This document shows, in pieces, positions 60,668-64,000 of a stretch of DNA of 64,000 nucleotides. A program made the translations under genes and the position numbers. The number at the start of each line of letters is the position of its first letter. The stretch's first letter is position 1. The stretch comes from Geosiphon pyriformis uo1. Taxonomy: Eukaryota; Fungi; Glomeromycota. Location of the stretch: the NCBI GenBank assembly GCA_016748015.1, contig JAAOMT010000512.1:1-64000 (forward strand), in the 5' to 3' direction. The notes under the pieces were generated by a model. That model did no database searches. It was not told where the DNA came from and was given only the letters and a program-made list of their open reading frames with translations.

Positions 60668-63600
60668 TGTTATCAATAGAATTTTAGCTATTAATTAACA
60701 TAAAATTATTTTTATAATTTCTATTATTAATCAGTATATTATTGTTGTTTTAATTATTACTTATTATTTAACCAAATTATCAAATATCATCATTCAATTA
60801 ATAATTCAATTTGTATCATAGGAATTAAGATAATCAAATTACACAATACTTTGAACCATTTAATATAGTCAAAATTCGCCGAAATTGATAAAAATTGGTC
60901 GAAATAATTAATAGTTTGTAAAAATAACTTGTAGTTTGTTGAAATGTATTTTTAGTTTGCCAAAATCAGAGTGAGAAGAAAAGTACAAGTTTAAGAACTA
61001 GTACTACAACAAATTGTATAAAAGAAGAGCTTTTTTTTTAAAAAAAATGTATTTTCTTATAGTATCTTATTATAGTATCTTATTTTAGATATTTTAATTA
61101 GAACAAATTACTTTTTACACATCTCAAATAAAAATTAAATATTCGAAAACCAAATTCTTTAAATTATTACATTTGAAATTCTCTCAACACAACTAACATT
61201 TTGAAATTGATTAAATACCAATTTCAATAATCTGTTAGTAACTTTAGACCTGGATAGAAAACGTTTCTCTTGACACAATTATATTTCTTTTATATTTCTT
61301 TTATTTTTTTTACTTTTTTTATCATAATTATTAGGGTAGTTTACAAACAATATTTCTGTAGAAAAGTTAACTTTTACAGCAAAATAACTATACATTTTAG
61401 TAAGCTTTCAGATAAGCAATTCCTGAAAAAGAGTTGACATTTACTACAATGTAACTACACAAAGTAAACTGGCACAGAATTGGCCATTCTACTTATAAGT
61501 CCAGCAGTTCAAATTATAGAAGATAATTTGAAGATAAATTCAGTTATTGGAGGTCCAACTACTTCCAGAAAACGTGAATTAGCAACAGATAAACATTAAC
61601 AACATTTAAGAAAAAAGACCAGAAACCTTTGGTAATATTTGGTGCTCTTCTACAGAAATAACACAGCAATAACAACTTCAAAGTAGTGATCACATCAGAC
61701 ACAACAACTTTAGAATACTATCAGTTAATTTACACTCACTGCAAACAAAGATTCAACATCCAAGATGGAATTGAAATTTTTAAGAAATCACTATACTAAT
61801 ACATTAAAAACTGCATTAACAATTATTTTTTTGGAAATTACAACATTTCAGAAGTTAAAAACAACCTTTACAATAATTTATTGTACTATTCACAATTGGA
61901 AACTGAAGACCTTAACAGTGAAACACTTGTCACTTATTTTCAAAAACTCAACTTTAACATTATTCAGTACTGTAAAGAAAAATACTTGGTACAGTCCAAA
62001 TACTCTTTTGATTTTGAATTAGAACCAGAAAATAGCAACAACAGAAAGCAAAAAAAGACACTTTAAGCTAGCCATACAACTCACAACACACCAAAAACAA
62101 CTGTTAAACACTTATAAACATCTGAACAAGAAATCAGTGTCAAATTACTACTTTCTATTACACCATTTCCAATTTCACTTGCTTAACCACAAATACCAAA
62201 TTCACCATTTATCTATTTTTCAAGACCAAAAAATTTTCAGTTACTTAAAAGTCCTACTAAACAGCAGAAACCAATATTAACCAGCACTAATCTTCTTGAT
62301 TACTTATAGGAAAACAAAAATAATTATTCAAGGAACTTGGAAAGTGAAGAAACTAAATCAAAACAAGAAAAAATGACAACTGTTTATATTGCAAAGATCT
62401 CAAAATTTACTGGTGAAAATAATAATATCAGCCCTCAAGAATGGCTTGACAAAGTGTCAAAAGCAGAAGATACAAATAGATGGAATACAGCAAGAATGCT
62501 CAAAGCAATCTCATACTTTTTTTAAAGAACAGCAGGAGAATAGTTTAAAAACTTAGATGATCCTTCAAAAACTGGTAAGCATTTAAAGATGCTTTCTTAC
62601 AACAATTTATTAACAATAACATATCTATTACACTTTAAAACTAATTCCAAAACATTAAACAAGAACCATCTAAATCTGTTATGACCTATTTTGGGAAATT
62701 CAACAAACTTCTTCAATGAATTTAACAATTGAAAACCAATAAATACTATTCCAATACTCAGATTCTAGATCAGTTTATTGCAGAATTAAAAGATAAATTA
62801 ATTAAAAAAGTTTGTCCACATGCCTCAGCAGACTTAGCAACAGCCATTAAACATACAAAGAACTATAAAATGACAATAAAAGAAGCAAATCATACCAAAC
62901 TTGTGAATCTTGCTATTGGAAAAACCAGCTTAGTAGCTGAAGAAAAAATTGACCAACTTACAAAGAAGATTGAAAATTATTTTACCAACTAACAACAACA
63001 GTAACAACCACAAAAATATCAGTCACTTTAACAACAAAATCAAAACAATTACTCTTTATCATCCAACAATCAACCACAAAGCTGTTATTATTGTAAAATT
63101 CTAGAACATTGAAAATGAAATTATAGAAAAATACAAAAAACCAACAAAACAAGAATAATTAACATTATTTCCAACATTAACAGTTGTACTACCAACCTCC
63201 ACCATCAGCATATTACTTATCAAGACCACAGTATTAGAACAACTATTACCAACCAGTTTTACAACCAATACAACAGCAATCTTCACAAATTCAACAATAT
63301 CAGCCACTATTTACACAACAATACTTAATACCTACCCAAAAATTGGTTCAACAAAATCAATTTATCTTTCAAAACAATTTCTCAACAAACAACAACAGAT
63401 TTAACTCTAACAACCAATTAGTTTCCCAAAATCCTGTTCAACAAAGACCCAGTTACTATTATACTCAATCCAGTTATCTTACAATACCAAAAGAATCGAA
63501 TTTTCAACAAACTATACTTTCTGAAGATAAAGCTGTAGTACCAAGATCAAACTCTTTCAACAATACTATTCTACCAACCCAAATTGCTCAAAATGCCAAC

Positions 63601-64000
63601 CTTTCAGATATATTTTTATTTGAGTTTGAAGCCAATAAATCACTATTTTTGCTTAACAATGTAGCAGTCAATAAGCAAAAAGCAATCATTGCTATATATA
63701 CTAAAGCTAAAGTAGAAAGAAAACAAATTTACTTGATTCTAAACAGTAGATCCACTAAAAGCATTATCATCTATTAATTAATACAACAGCTAAAAAAAAC
63801 ATTGACAGACCAGCTCAAACTGTAATTGTTATAGCTGATGGTATAAAGAAAATCCCAGTAAAAAAAATTGACAACTTTTCATTTACTATTAATAGAATTA
63901 CCATTTCAGTCAAAGTTTTAGTCATAAATGCACCCTAATACTAAGTTCTTGTTGGAAATAATTGGCTTCTCAAAGCCAATACAAATTTAGATTGGGAAAC
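60668..64000 (+). mobile_element. Ty3/Gypsy copy D (5' LTR 60668-61637, PBS, gag, protease; runs off the window)
   Basis: LTR homologous to the family, PBS TGGTGCTCTTC at 61640, gag fragments (PQEWLDKV, ILDQFIA) and a protease remnant. Left flank GTGT. Confidence 0.9.

Overview
This is an AT-rich eukaryotic window, most likely fungal. Short introns, a fungal STB6-type gene and the transposon families suggest an early-diverging fungus such as Glomeromycotina, but that assignment is inference. About 85-90% of it is decayed retroelements around one small gene island: SRP9/SRP21 (minus strand) and an STB2/STB6-like gene (plus strand), head-to-head with 116 bp between their ATGs. The retroelements are three LINEs (APE-RT-RNaseH), two ORF1-only 'half-LINE' elements carrying the LINE 3' tail, four copies of one Ty3/Gypsy family (one nested antisense next to another's PBS) and two solo LTRs of a second family. 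The main candidate for a new system is the Gypsy family. Its Gag-PR-Cys-rich-dUTPase-RT-RNaseH reading frame has no AUG near the start and ends at a conserved stop. The integrase is a separate 444-aa ORF in another frame with its own ATG, and a third unknown ORF follows it. Every LTR insertion that can be checked sits in a 4-bp target duplication centred on CpG or its deamination product, inside another transposon (the LINE host of one is inferred). These are Ginger1-like traits in an LTR retrotransposon. All comparisons were made by eye, and five N-gaps limit some boundaries.
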